64,000 bases of DNA, from assembly GCA_037133015.1 (NCBI GenBank), contig JBAXOX010000001.1, positions 129,270 to 193,269 of the forward strand. The letters are read 5' to 3'. The notes beneath the pieces are model-generated. The model saw only the letters and a program-made list of their open reading frames with translations, did not search any database and was not told the DNA's origin. The translations under genes and the position numbers were made by a program. Below are positions 1 through 9,119 of the stretch, piece by piece. The DNA comes from Acidobacteriota bacterium. Lineage in GTDB: Bacteria; Acidobacteriota; Vicinamibacteria; Vicinamibacterales; JAKQTR01. Positions within the stretch are counted from its first letter, which is position 1, and every line of letters starts with the position of its first letter.

Positions 1-49
1 GGCACGACCCGGTCGTCATGGCCGCGAAGGCGGGAATCACGGGCGGCGG

Positions 50-1129
50 CTACAGGTGCGTGCTCAGAAACCGCGCCAGGTAGAACCCGTCAAGGTATTT
101 GAACGGTGTGACGCCGGTCGTGTAGTGGCCGCACGGCAGCACGCGAACCTGCGTCGGATGGTTGTGCGTTCGGTACTCGCGCACGATGTCCCGGGACAGA
201 TGCAGCGGAAACGACAGATCGTAGAGCGCGTACACCAGTAACGACGGCCGGTTCCCGAGCCGATGCAAATACGACTGCGGGCTGATCGGTCCCCACAGCT
301 CGCGCAGTCGCGCCAAATCGACGCCGCCTTCCAGTCCGGCGCGCACGTGTGTCGTGGAGAGGCCCTCCCAGACGACGTCGGCGAACCAGGGCGACACGTG
401 ATTGAGCGCCATCGCCTTGACCAGCGGTTCGTGCGTAGCCGTCAGCATCGCGAGGCACGATCCGAGGCTGGTGCCGAGCAGTCCGATGCGTTCGTACCCT
501 TCCCGATCGAGCCACGCCACGGCGCGCCGCATGTCGAGCACGGCCTGGCGGCATACCTGCAGTGTCTGCGCGACGTTGCTCGACACGATGAAATCGGCGC
601 GTGCCAGCTCCGGCGGCCGACGCCGCTCGTGATAGGGCAGCGTCAGGCGAGCCGAGCTGATGCCGACGCGCTGCAGCAGCCGGCACAACCCGACGTGGCC
701 GCCCTGGTCGGCGTTCCACTGCGCGGTGACCACGACGGCGCGTCTGGGTCCAGGCGTGCCGTCGGCGCGCGGCTTCGGCGTTGCCGGAAAGTATCGGAGG
801 TACGCCGTATTGTTCTCGGCGTGCGGCGTCGTCGCCGCGCTGTCGAAGGTGACCATCCGCTCGCCAGGCGTGGCGTCGGCTGGCAGTTCCGCCGTGCCGT
901 AGTGCGCCGCCGGTTCGACCGCGAACCAGGCGTCCGAGTTCTGGAGGGCGCGATGGGCCCACGACCCGACGGCGAGAGCCGGTTCGCGGTAATCCAGGCC
1001 GTCGCGTTCGGCCTGCGGAATCCAGTCGGCGCCCCACTCGAACGGGCGGACGACGCGATTCTGATCGACCGAGGCGAGCGTCCGCTCCCACCGGTTGAAG
1101 ATGTAGCTGGCAGGTCCCACGACAGCCAT
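50..1129 (-). CDS. alpha/beta-fold hydrolase (family unassigned)
   Basis: ORF 50..1156. Nucleophile-elbow GxSxG motif 'GLLGTSLGS'. ATG at 1129 preferred over GTG at 1156, but the start is uncertain. Confidence 0.6.
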   Translation of the reverse strand: MAVVGPASYIFNRWERTLASVDQNRVVRPFEWGADWIPQAERDGLDYREPALAVGSWAHRALQNSDAWFAVEPAAHYGTAELPADATPGERMVTFDSAATTPHAENNTAYLRYFPATPKPRADGTPGPRRAVVVTAQWNADQGGHVGLCRLLQRVGISSARLTLPYHERRRPPELARADFIVSSNVAQTLQVCRQAVLDMRRAVAWLDREGYERIGLLGTSLGSCLAMLTATHEPLVKAMALNHVSPWFADVVWEGLSTTHVRAGLEGGVDLARLRELWGPISPQSYLHRLGNRPSLLVYALYDLSFPLHLSRDIVREYRTHNHPTQVRVLPCGHYTTGVTPFKYLDGFYLARFLSTHL

Positions 1130-1360
1130 TATCTCAAGATCGGCGCGTTGGCACACCGCGACGGGGTCGTCTCACCTGTTTCACCCCGGCACGTCGGCGT
1201 GCCGACCCTTCGTGCCGCCCTCGGCAGGCCGAGGCCCGACAGGCCCCCGCTGAACGCCCGAAGAGGGAGAATCCCTGTGATATCATGCGCGTTCCGCACG
1301 GACACGCAGCCCCGGCGAGACGCATTCGCCGGGCTCCGAAGCCTTGGAGATTTCGAGTCG

Positions 1361-2068
1361 ATGAAGCTGTCGGTGATCATGCCCGTCTACAACGAGCGTC
1401 AGACGATCGACGAGATCGTCCGGCGGGTGCTCGCCGTCAAGCTGCCGTCGCTCGACCGCGAATTACTGATCATCGACGATGGATCCACCGACGGCACCCG
1501 GGACATCATCGCGGGGATGGATGGACGGGACGGCATCCGCGTGGTGCTGCAAGCTCGAAACCTCGGCAAAGGGTCGGCGGTGGCCCGCGGCGTTCGCGAA
1601 GCCGTCGGCGACATCCTGATCATCCAGGATGCCGACCTCGAATACGACCCGGCCGAATTTCCGATCGTGTTGCGGCCAATTCTCGCGGGCGAAGCCGACG
1701 TGGTGTTCGGGTCGAGATTTCTCGGCACCCCGTCCGGCCACCGCGTGCTCTACTTCTGGCACTTCGTCGGCAATCGGGCCCTGACGCTGCTCTCGAACGC
1801 CTTCAGCGGATTGAACCTGACCGACATGGAGACCTGTTACAAGGCCATGACCAGGCAGGTCGCCGTGCGCCTCGACCTGCGGTCGCGGCACTTCGGCGTG
1901 GAGCCAGAAATCACGATCAAAGTGGCGCGGTTGAGGGCGCGCGTGTTCGAAGTGCCGATTTCGTACTACGGCCGGACGTACGAAGAGGGCAAGAAGATCG
2001 GGCTCAAGGATGCCTTCCAGGCCCTGTGGACGGTGCTGCGCTACGCGTGGTGGAAAGCGCCGAAGTAG
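1361..2068 (+). CDS. GT2 glycosyltransferase, DPM1/GtrB-like polyprenyl-phosphate sugar synthase type (235 aa)
   Basis: Internal ATG of ORF 263..2068. Motifs 'VIMPVYNE', 'IIDDGSTDGT', 'IIQDADLEYDP' (DxD). Size and layout fit soluble dolichyl/polyprenyl-P-hexose synthases. Confidence 0.85.
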   Translation: MKLSVIMPVYNERQTIDEIVRRVLAVKLPSLDRELLIIDDGSTDGTRDIIAGMDGRDGIRVVLQARNLGKGSAVARGVREAVGDILIIQDADLEYDPAEFPIVLRPILAGEADVVFGSRFLGTPSGHRVLYFWHFVGNRALTLLSNAFSGLNLTDMETCYKAMTRQVAVRLDLRSRHFGVEPEITIKVARLRARVFEVPISYYGRTYEEGKKIGLKDAFQALWTVLRYAWWKAPK

Positions 2069-3312
2069 ACGACCACCCTCACCAGGACGACGACGCCGTT
2101 GTCGCCGGCGAACTCCAGGTCGACAACTCCGGTAAATCCTGCAGCCGGTTGCCAGCAGAAAGTGCCAGCCTCGCCGTCGAAACGCGATCCGAACGGCAGC
2201 CCCATCCGCTCACCCGCACGCACTTGGTACCCGGCGTACCGCACGCGCCCGGCCTGCGGCAGTGTCACGTCAACGTCGTCTTCCGGGTCGATCTCGACGA
2301 GGCGGATTCCAGTCCGATCGGGCCACACCAACTGCCGCACGCCGCCGCGATGGAGGACGGCGACCGGATCGGCGGCGATGCCTTCGACCCTGGATGCGAG
2401 CGACGAGTCTGGTTCGACGCCATTGCCCGGAGCCCGCGGCGCGCAGGGTTCGTCGCGGGACGGCAGAATCGCCTGTGCCGTGCCCGTCATCGGATCAATC
2501 GAGCCCAACTCCACGCCCGCGGCCGCGCAAGCTGGCGGGATGCCACTCGCACTGGGTAACGCCGCGCGAACCGCTGGCGCGCCTTGCGCTCGACGCGGTG
2601 GTGCCAGAACCGTAGAGGAGTGTGCCGCTGTCGCCAGTCCGGCGACAGACCCGTTTCCAGGAACGTCGAGCGTGAACCGAGACGGTTGATCGGCAGTTCT
2701 GCCCATGTCTGCGGTCGGCTCGCCCACCGGGGAAGCCGTGGCGGCTTGCTGTTGGAGATCCTGCCCGCGAATGACGCCCGCCGCGACAGGCGCGATCGGC
2801 ACCGGCTCCAACTCCCGGCGCTGCCTGGTCTGATCAAGTTGCGCCACCTGATGGATCTGGTCGCCCAGGTAACGAACCGTGAACACCGCGTCGGGCATGG
2901 TGATCGTGCCCGTCATGACGCCGTTGACGCAGGCCAGTGTCACCGAACTTCCCTCAACGCCCTGCACGTGACCGACCCACGTGAGACCGCCCTCGGCCGG
3001 GTCGATGCGGTCGGCCACCGCGGCCACCGCCAGATCGTCGAACAGATTGATCAGCAGGGCCGGCGCGACGGCCGTGGAACGATCGTCGGGCCGCGCGGCC
3101 AGCAGTGCGGCCATGTCGATCGCAACCTCTCGCGATCGCATCACGTCGGGGCCTGGCGCGCCTGGATCGGTGGCGACGTGCGGCGCCGTGACGAACAGGA
3201 TTCCGGCAAGCGTCCGCGCGCGGAAGGCCGACAGCCCCGGCTCGCTCGCCAGACACGCGGCGAGCATCGCGACCGCCAACCTCGGGCGCCTTCCCGATAG
3301 CCTGCTTGCCAT
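2041..3312 (-). CDS. secreted hypothetical protein; N-terminal region paralogous to the pro-region of the metzincin at 5960..8977, but with no HExxH domain
   Basis: ORF 2041..3354. ATG at 3312 gives a signal-like N-terminus 'MASRLSGRRPRLAVAMLAACLA'. About 110 aa align by eye with the protease N-terminus ('LINLFDD..AVADRID..GGLTWVGHV..SSVTLA..VMTGTITMPDAVFTVRYLG..IHQVAQLDQ'). Its 3' end overlaps the convergent GT2 gene by 28 nt. Confidence 0.55.
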   Translation of the reverse strand: MASRLSGRRPRLAVAMLAACLASEPGLSAFRARTLAGILFVTAPHVATDPGAPGPDVMRSREVAIDMAALLAARPDDRSTAVAPALLINLFDDLAVAAVADRIDPAEGGLTWVGHVQGVEGSSVTLACVNGVMTGTITMPDAVFTVRYLGDQIHQVAQLDQTRQRRELEPVPIAPVAAGVIRGQDLQQQAATASPVGEPTADMGRTADQPSRFTLDVPGNGSVAGLATAAHSSTVLAPPRRAQGAPAVRAALPSASGIPPACAAAGVELGSIDPMTGTAQAILPSRDEPCAPRAPGNGVEPDSSLASRVEGIAADPVAVLHRGGVRQLVWPDRTGIRLVEIDPEDDVDVTLPQAGRVRYAGYQVRAGERMGLPFGSRFDGEAGTFCWQPAAGFTGVVDLEFAGDNGVVVLVRVVVYFGAFHHA

Positions 3313-3469
3313 GGCAGCTCCAACACACAATCCGGACGGGGGTGCCTCGACCAATGGGGCCTATTGTCACACGGCGTGCGGCCGCGGCGATGCTGGCGTT
3401 TCCGCGCGCCGTCGCCCAGGATCCAGATGGGGCCAGCGGCGTCGACCTTATGGTACCGTGGTGGGACTC

Positions 3470-5890
3470 ATGATCTGGCGCCCCACCAGCCGACCCGATT
3501 CACGCACCGCCGTCGCGACCGTGGTTTCGTCCTGCCTTCGTCGCGTCGGCTGGCCGGTGGCCGCCGCGCTGGTGCTCGGCGTCCCCCTCGTCATCACGCT
3601 TGCCGGGAGCGTGCCGAACACGATCGAAACCGACGTGGCTCCGCGGCTGCCGGCCTGGCCAATCGAGTCGGTCGCGCTGGGCACCAAGGTGCTTCCCGAC
3701 GGCACCACGCTGGCGGGTGGGCGCCTCGACATGGTCAGGCCCGAACCGATTGTGCGGCACGAAGAGCTTCTGTTGGCCATGGAGCTGTACGGATCGTCGC
3801 CGGCGCTCGTCGAAGCCGAAATCCAGATTCGTGGCACCGATTGCGTGTACCGGACCGAAGCCGGGGCCGCTCTTGCGGCGGGGCAGTACCTGTCGTTCCA
3901 TCGCGGACGCATGTGCGGCCACGTGCTTCACGGACCCGCCAACGGGCAACTGGCGTTGCGACTGGTGTACCGAGGCGGCAACCGCATCGGCGTCATGGCG
4001 TCGAGAGCGCCCGCGGGCTCGGCAGACCAGGGTTGGATTTCGGTTCCGATGGCCACCACGCAACAGGATGGGCGAGTGGCGGTGGCATGGGCACGGTACC
4101 GAGACAGCTATCTGGGCGGTGCCCGGAGCCGGGCCGAGTTGCTCGCCTATGTCTGGCAGCTGTCGAATTCGACGCGCTGGGTATGGCTGGCCGTTGCGTG
4201 TGCGCTGTTCTGCGTGTGCGCCGGCGGGATGCTGCTGTCGATTGGCGCGTCGGCCTCAGGGCCGTTGAACGTTTCGGGCATGTTCGGTGTGTCGTGCGGC
4301 GTGGCGGCCGTAAGCCTGGGACTTGCCGTGCTGTACGCATCGCTCGTCCCGCCTTTGCAGGCGCCTGACGAGCCGGATTTCTTCCTGGCGTTCGCCGAGG
4401 TCGCGAATCGGCCGGCGCTCGCCGTCCAGACCGCGGAGCTGGGGAGAACCGGCCATCTCGCCCGGATCATGTTCCACGACGACCAGCGAGTGCGCCCGTA
4501 CGACGTCGGGCGGCCCTTCGACCAACCCTGGTTGTCCAATGTGAATCCTCCGCCACCCGGGACCAACAGTGTGATCGCGGCATTCTGGTGGACCCGGCTG
4601 GCGGGGCTGGTGGCGTCAATGGAAGCGCCCGGGGCACTGCTCAGCGTGCGGCTTGCGAATGCGGCACTGTTCGCCGTGTGCCTCGGCGCGGCCACACTCA
4701 TGCTGCTGGTGGTATTGGCTGGCGAGGTCACGTCGCCCCAGTTGATCGCTCTGACGCTCTTGCTCGTGCCGACGCTACCGTTTTTTGCGATGTACGTGTC
4801 GGAGTTTGCGATCCAGGCATCGGTGTACGCCTTCCTGGCTGCCGTCGCGGCGGGTCTCTTTCTCGATACCAGGCGCGGGTACCTGCTCGGATTTCCCCTT
4901 GGGATCGGAAGTGCCCTGGCGCTGGCGTCCGGCAGAAATGCGCTGCCGTACATGGCGGTGGTCGGAGCCTTATGCGTGGGACGCGCGGTGCTCGGCACAC
5001 CAGACGATCGGGCGACCTGGTCAGATTGGCGAAGAACAGGATGGTTCTGGCTGGGGCTGGCTGGCGGCTTTGCGCTGTATCCCCTGACTTCGACCTCGGG
5101 ATTCGTTCAGGGATTATGGACGCCGGATGCGGTCGGCGTGTCCGATCGATTCAGAACGGCGGCCGAACTGCTGCGGCGACACCCCTGGCTGCTTGTCGGT
5201 GCCGTGCCGTTCGGGTTCGTCCTCGAGCGAGCCGCGGCTGTGGTTCGCCGGAAGCTCGGGCCGCCGCCGACGGCCGCATTGACGTTGGTTCGTGTGCTCG
5301 CCTACGGCGCCGCGACCTCTGTGGCCCTGAGTTTGGCCGTATCGGTGTTCGCCCGGTATCCCCAACTGTCGAACGTGGACCTGGCCCGACCATCGTCGGT
5401 CAGAGAATACGTCTCACGCGTGATGGGTGTCGCGGTGAGCGGGTTCCGCCTGACCAATCACGACCTGTACCTGTCGTCGTGGTTCTGGGGCGGGTTCGGA
5501 TGGGTGGACACGATGCCGGGCACCGGGTTCGTCTCGCTGCTGGTGCTGCTGGCCGCGGCGGGCGCGATCGGCACGCTCGCGTCTATTGCCCGAACGCGGC
5601 AGATTCGTCGGGCGCTGTGGCTCGGCGCACTGATGGCCGGGTGGGGCGTTGCGCTCGGCGGGTACGCGGCTTCGACCTACTACCTGCACCGGAACTTGCA
5701 CGGCCGCTACGTCGTCGCCCTGTACCTCGTCACGCTGGGCGTCTGCTGGAGCATCGTGGCGTGGCTTCCCCGAACGGGGCTGTCCGGGCGATTCCGGAGG
5801 TTTGCCGCCACGCGCGAGTGGGCGCTGCTGATCCTGATCGCGGCGGTTCATGCCTACGCGCTGCGATTCATCCTCGTGCGGTATTTCTAG
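3470..5890 (+). CDS. polytopic membrane protein, DUF2142-like / GT-C-like, with an extra N-terminal anchored extracytoplasmic domain (806 aa)
   Basis: Internal ATG of ORF 2981..5890, followed by a TM segment. More than 10 hydrophobic segments. 'APDEPDFFLAF' and 'WGGFGWVDTMP' resemble the motifs I associate with DUF2142 membrane proteins; this is from memory and needs an HMM check. Confidence 0.55.
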   Translation: MIWRPTSRPDSRTAVATVVSSCLRRVGWPVAAALVLGVPLVITLAGSVPNTIETDVAPRLPAWPIESVALGTKVLPDGTTLAGGRLDMVRPEPIVRHEELLLAMELYGSSPALVEAEIQIRGTDCVYRTEAGAALAAGQYLSFHRGRMCGHVLHGPANGQLALRLVYRGGNRIGVMASRAPAGSADQGWISVPMATTQQDGRVAVAWARYRDSYLGGARSRAELLAYVWQLSNSTRWVWLAVACALFCVCAGGMLLSIGASASGPLNVSGMFGVSCGVAAVSLGLAVLYASLVPPLQAPDEPDFFLAFAEVANRPALAVQTAELGRTGHLARIMFHDDQRVRPYDVGRPFDQPWLSNVNPPPPGTNSVIAAFWWTRLAGLVASMEAPGALLSVRLANAALFAVCLGAATLMLLVVLAGEVTSPQLIALTLLLVPTLPFFAMYVSEFAIQASVYAFLAAVAAGLFLDTRRGYLLGFPLGIGSALALASGRNALPYMAVVGALCVGRAVLGTPDDRATWSDWRRTGWFWLGLAGGFALYPLTSTSGFVQGLWTPDAVGVSDRFRTAAELLRRHPWLLVGAVPFGFVLERAAAVVRRKLGPPPTAALTLVRVLAYGAATSVALSLAVSVFARYPQLSNVDLARPSSVREYVSRVMGVAVSGFRLTNHDLYLSSWFWGGFGWVDTMPGTGFVSLLVLLAAAGAIGTLASIARTRQIRRALWLGALMAGWGVALGGYAASTYYLHRNLHGRYVVALYLVTLGVCWSIVAWLPRTGLSGRFRRFAATREWALLILIAAVHAYALRFILVRYF

Positions 5891-5959
5891 AAACCGGATT
5901 CACCCCGGTTCCACCCGCCTCCAGGATCGCGCGGAGCACTCGCCGATCGCGCCGCGCAC

Positions 5960-7345
5960 TCACCGATCGCTCGGCGTGCACCCGGGCGCCGGTCCGGCCG
6001 AAATCAAGATGCCGCTGTTCAGTGCGATGTACATGGTGCAGTCGGGGAACGTCACCTTGCCGTTGACGATCGTGTACGTCGCGCCGTTGTAGGTGAGCGT
6101 CGTGCCGCTCACCGACCCGGTAGCGGGCCCACCGTTGCCTGGGCCGACAAACGTGCTTCCGCCGCTGCTGCTCCCGCTCGAACTGCCGCCGCTACTGCCG
6201 CCGCTACTGCTGCCGCTGGAGCTCCCCGAACTGCTGCCTCCACTGGAACTCCCGCTGCTGCTGCTGGGCGTGCAGCCGGCTGCCGTTCCCGCCGAGATAA
6301 GAATGCCGCTGTTGAGCGCGATGTACATCGAGCAGTCGGGGAACGTCACCTTGCCGTTGACGATCGTGTACGTCGCGCCGTTGTAGGTGAGCGTCGCGCC
6401 GTTGACCGAACCGGTTGCCGGCCCACCGGTGCCCGGCCCGGCAAACGGCGTGGCGCCGCTGCTGCCGCTGGAACTTCCGGTGCTGCTCCCGCCACTGGAA
6501 CTCCCACTGCTGCTGGTCGAACTCCCGCTCCCGCTGCTTGAACTGCTTGAACTGCTCGTGCTGCCGCCGGTCGGAGTACAGCCCGCCGCGGGGCCAGCCG
6601 AAATCAGGAGGCCGCTGTTGAGCGCAATGTAGGTCGAGCAGTCGGGGAACGTCACCTTGCCGTTGACGATCGGGTACGTCCCGCCGTTGTAGGTGAGCGT
6701 GGTGCCACTGACCGAACCGGTCGCCGGTCCGCCGTTGCCCGGGCCAACAAACGGCGTGCTCCCGCCGCTGGTGCCGCTGGAACTTCCGGTACTGCTCCCG
6801 CCACTGGAACTCCCACTGCTGCTGGTCGAACTCCCGCTCCCACTGCTTGAACTGCTCGTGCTGCTGCCGCCACTCGAACTGCCGCCACTCGAACTGCCGC
6901 TACTGCTGCTGCCCCCACTCGGCGTACAACTCGCCGCAGGGCCAGCGAAGATGAGGACCCCGCTGTTGAGCGCAATGTAGGTCGAGCAGTCCGGAAACGT
7001 CACCCGTCCGTTGACCAGCGTGTAGGTCGCCCCGTTGTAGGTCAACGTCGTGCCGCTCACCGACCCGGTAGCCGGACCGCCACTGCCCGGGCCGACGAAT
7101 GCGGGCGTGCCACCGCTGCTGCTGCCGCTACTGCTGCTGCCCGTGGCTGGCGTGCACGTCGCGGCGCCCGAGGGAATCAGGATGCCGCTGCTGAGTGCGA
7201 TGTACGTGGAGCAGTCGGGGAATGTCACTCTGCCGTTGACGAGCGCGTAGGCCACCCCGTTGTAGGTCAAGGTCGTGCCGCTCACCGATCCGGTGGCCGG
7301 GCCGCCGGTGCCCGGGCCGACGAATCCGCTGCCAGACCCGCTGCA
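5960..7345 (-). repeat. coding tandem array: 5 copies of the ~57-60 aa 'GPxxGGP..TYNG..VTFPDC..GCTP' module plus poly-Ser/Gly linkers
   Basis: Read directly from the translation of 5960..8977. Antisense shadow ORFs in the track tile the array once per copy. Confidence 0.9.
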
Positions 7346-8977
7346 CGCGCAGGTCGACGAGCCGGTCACCACCAGGGCGACCGAAGCGGTCGCCGTCGAA
7401 TACGTCACGGCGTTGGTCGGCGTAAACGTCGTCGACAGGGTCTGCGTGCCCGCCGTCAGCACCGATCCCGCCGCCGGACTGTAGACGAACGTTCCCGCGA
7501 CGTTTGCCGTCGCGTTGAGTTGCGTGGCGCTCAACACGGTCCCCGCCGCGACCGAGGCCGGAGTGGTCCACGTGATCACCGGCGCGAGGCGAGCCGCCTG
7601 GCGGAAATTCGCAACCGTGTACGCCGTGTTGTTGAGCGCCCGGTGATCGTCGGCATCACACGAATCATTCGTCGTGCTGCCTTTCGCGCAATCCGATTTG
7701 GTGCCGCCGGCAATGCCCATCGGCGCGCTTCCGTACGCCCCCGGCGAGCTGACGGCGGGATTCGACCAATACAGCAACCGCGTGCAGTTCCTGCCCGAAC
7801 CGAGCACGGCGGGACACAGGTCGTTGTACGACATCACCGTGCGAAATCGGTTCGTCGGATCCACGTAGCCGTGCGCATACGTGTAGGGCGTCGTCTGGGA
7901 ATCCACGTACCAGTCGTGCCGTGCGCCCATGTTGTGGCCCAGTTCGTGCGCAAACGAGTAGTTCGGGCTGATGCACGACTGTTCCACCACGCTGAACCCA
8001 TAGGGCGCGAACCCGCTCGACACCGACGACATCAGCCACGCGATGCCGCACCCATTGGGGCTGGCGGGCGAGGTGACCAGCATCACCAAATCGGCACCGT
8101 ACGAGGTGCGCAGCGACGCGGCCGACGCGCCCACCGCGGTGGTCACGAACGAGGACCCATCGTAATTGCTGACGGCGTAGAGATCCGTCGCGAGATCGTT
8201 GTTCTCGCTATAGATGACCTGCTGGCTGTTCGCCAGGCGCAGGCGTTGGGTAATCCCGCTATTGAGATAGGACGTGTTGGCTTCGCTGATTCCCAGGTTG
8301 ATGCGGCTCGTGATGGCCGACGTGCCGCCAGCCGCGGTCGCAGCCGCCGGGGTATAGAGCACCAACACGTCGATGATCGTCCCATCGTCATTCATCGCGA
8401 GCGGGGCGGTCGCGTCCTGCATCGCGGTCTGCCCTGGGTCCATCGGAGCGACGGCGATGGGATCCAACTCCGGCAGGTATTTCGACTGATCGACTTGCGC
8501 CACCTCGTGGAGGCCGTTTCCGACGTATCGAATGGCGTAGACCGCATCGGGCATCACAATGCTGCCCGAGACGATGCCATCCACCGAGGCCAGCGTGACG
8601 TTGCTCAACGCAACGCCGGGAATGTGCCCAACCCAGGTGAAGCCGCTCTCCATCTGATCGATGCGGTCGCGCACCGCGGCAAACGACGTGTCGTCGAAGA
8701 CGTTCAACACGAGGGAAGGCCGCGCCGACATGAGAACATCGACCACACCAGGATCGGTGAGCGCCATCGCGTCGATGACGACGCGCCTCGACCGAATCAC
8801 GGCGGCCCGTCCGTTCGCGGCGGCGCGCAGCGTCGGTTCGGGCGTCTCGAGGAACAGCCCGCCCATGCCGTGCTGCGACTGGCCGCCCGACCACGTGGCA
8901 TGTCCGCGCAGACCGAAGGCCGAACCCGCAAGCATCAGGATGCCGACACCGACGATGGCCGACCTGCCGAAACGCAT
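5960..8977 (-). CDS. secreted reprolysin-like (M12B metzincin) zinc metalloprotease with one MBG-like domain and 5 C-terminal two-Cys modules (1005 aa)
   Basis: ATG at 8977 preceded by GGAGGAG. Signal peptide 'MRFGRSAIVGVGILMLAGSAFG'. Metzincin motif 'HELGHNMGARHD' (~7921-7956). C-terminal half is 5 module copies joined by Ser/Gly linkers. Confidence 0.85.
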   Translation of the reverse strand: MRFGRSAIVGVGILMLAGSAFGLRGHATWSGGQSQHGMGGLFLETPEPTLRAAANGRAAVIRSRRVVIDAMALTDPGVVDVLMSARPSLVLNVFDDTSFAAVRDRIDQMESGFTWVGHIPGVALSNVTLASVDGIVSGSIVMPDAVYAIRYVGNGLHEVAQVDQSKYLPELDPIAVAPMDPGQTAMQDATAPLAMNDDGTIIDVLVLYTPAAATAAGGTSAITSRINLGISEANTSYLNSGITQRLRLANSQQVIYSENNDLATDLYAVSNYDGSSFVTTAVGASAASLRTSYGADLVMLVTSPASPNGCGIAWLMSSVSSGFAPYGFSVVEQSCISPNYSFAHELGHNMGARHDWYVDSQTTPYTYAHGYVDPTNRFRTVMSYNDLCPAVLGSGRNCTRLLYWSNPAVSSPGAYGSAPMGIAGGTKSDCAKGSTTNDSCDADDHRALNNTAYTVANFRQAARLAPVITWTTPASVAAGTVLSATQLNATANVAGTFVYSPAAGSVLTAGTQTLSTTFTPTNAVTYSTATASVALVVTGSSTCACSGSGSGFVGPGTGGPATGSVSGTTLTYNGVAYALVNGRVTFPDCSTYIALSSGILIPSGAATCTPATGSSSSGSSSGGTPAFVGPGSGGPATGSVSGTTLTYNGATYTLVNGRVTFPDCSTYIALNSGVLIFAGPAASCTPSGGSSSSGSSSGGSSSGGSSTSSSSSGSGSSTSSSGSSSGGSSTGSSSGTSGGSTPFVGPGNGGPATGSVSGTTLTYNGGTYPIVNGKVTFPDCSTYIALNSGLLISAGPAAGCTPTGGSTSSSSSSSSGSGSSTSSSGSSSGGSSTGSSSGSSGATPFAGPGTGGPATGSVNGATLTYNGATYTIVNGKVTFPDCSMYIALNSGILISAGTAAGCTPSSSSGSSSGGSSSGSSSGSSSGGSSGGSSSGSSSGGSTFVGPGNGGPATGSVSGTTLTYNGATYTIVNGKVTFPDCTMYIALNSGILISAGPAPGCTPSDR

Positions 8978-9034
8978 ATCTCCTCCTGCCCCGATGTGTC
9001 TCGCCCGCAGGAACCGTAATAGGATCGATTCTAC

Positions 9035-9050
9035 GCTCGGCGCTCGCAAA
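9035..9050 (-). promoter_or_regulatory. candidate sigma-54 (-24/-12) promoter for the metzincin gene
   Basis: Minus-strand sequence CGGCAT-GCGTT-TTGCG has GG-N10-GC spacing. It matches the consensus TGGCAC-N5-TTGCW except at 3 flanking positions. The -12 element lies about 58 nt upstream of the ATG at 8977. Confidence 0.4.
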
Positions 9051-9119
9051 ACGCATGCCGAAGTGCATATTGGGCGTGCAAGGCGCAGAAGTACGAAATA
9101 CTTGGCCCGTCGCAAGACC

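Noticed and set aside
1187-1204. Inverted repeat CGGCACG-tcgg-CGTGCCG upstream of the GT2 gene, with a nearby GG-N11-GC sigma-54-like pattern.
   Set aside because: The spacing is wrong for a -24/-12 promoter, the stem is short, and there is no U-tract. The evidence is too weak for any call.
263-1360. Long N-terminal extensions of real genes in the ORF track: 263..1360 ahead of the GT2, 2981..3469 ahead of the DUF2142-like protein, 11552..12145 ahead of the GH-like protein, 17939..18112, 49434..49844 and 59490..59864.
   Set aside because: The extensions are Arg/Pro-rich and overlap neighbouring genes or promoter elements. Internal starts give canonical N-termini (signal peptides, Rossmann or GT2 starts), RBSs, or overlaps with the upstream stop codon.
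6093-7484. Five plus-strand ORFs (6093, 6387, 6693, 7050, 7275) that each begin 'MSV(V/A)PLT(D/E)PVAGPP(L/V)PGP' and are Leu/Pro-rich, tiled once per repeat unit.
   Set aside because: They are antisense shadows of the module array of the minus-strand metzincin gene. The GTG 'start' is the reverse complement of the conserved T-L-T codons. Their conservation is fully explained by the sense strand. The same artefact appears at 14260..15873 (-), 37759..38967 (-) and 41772..42305 (-) opposite the other arrays.
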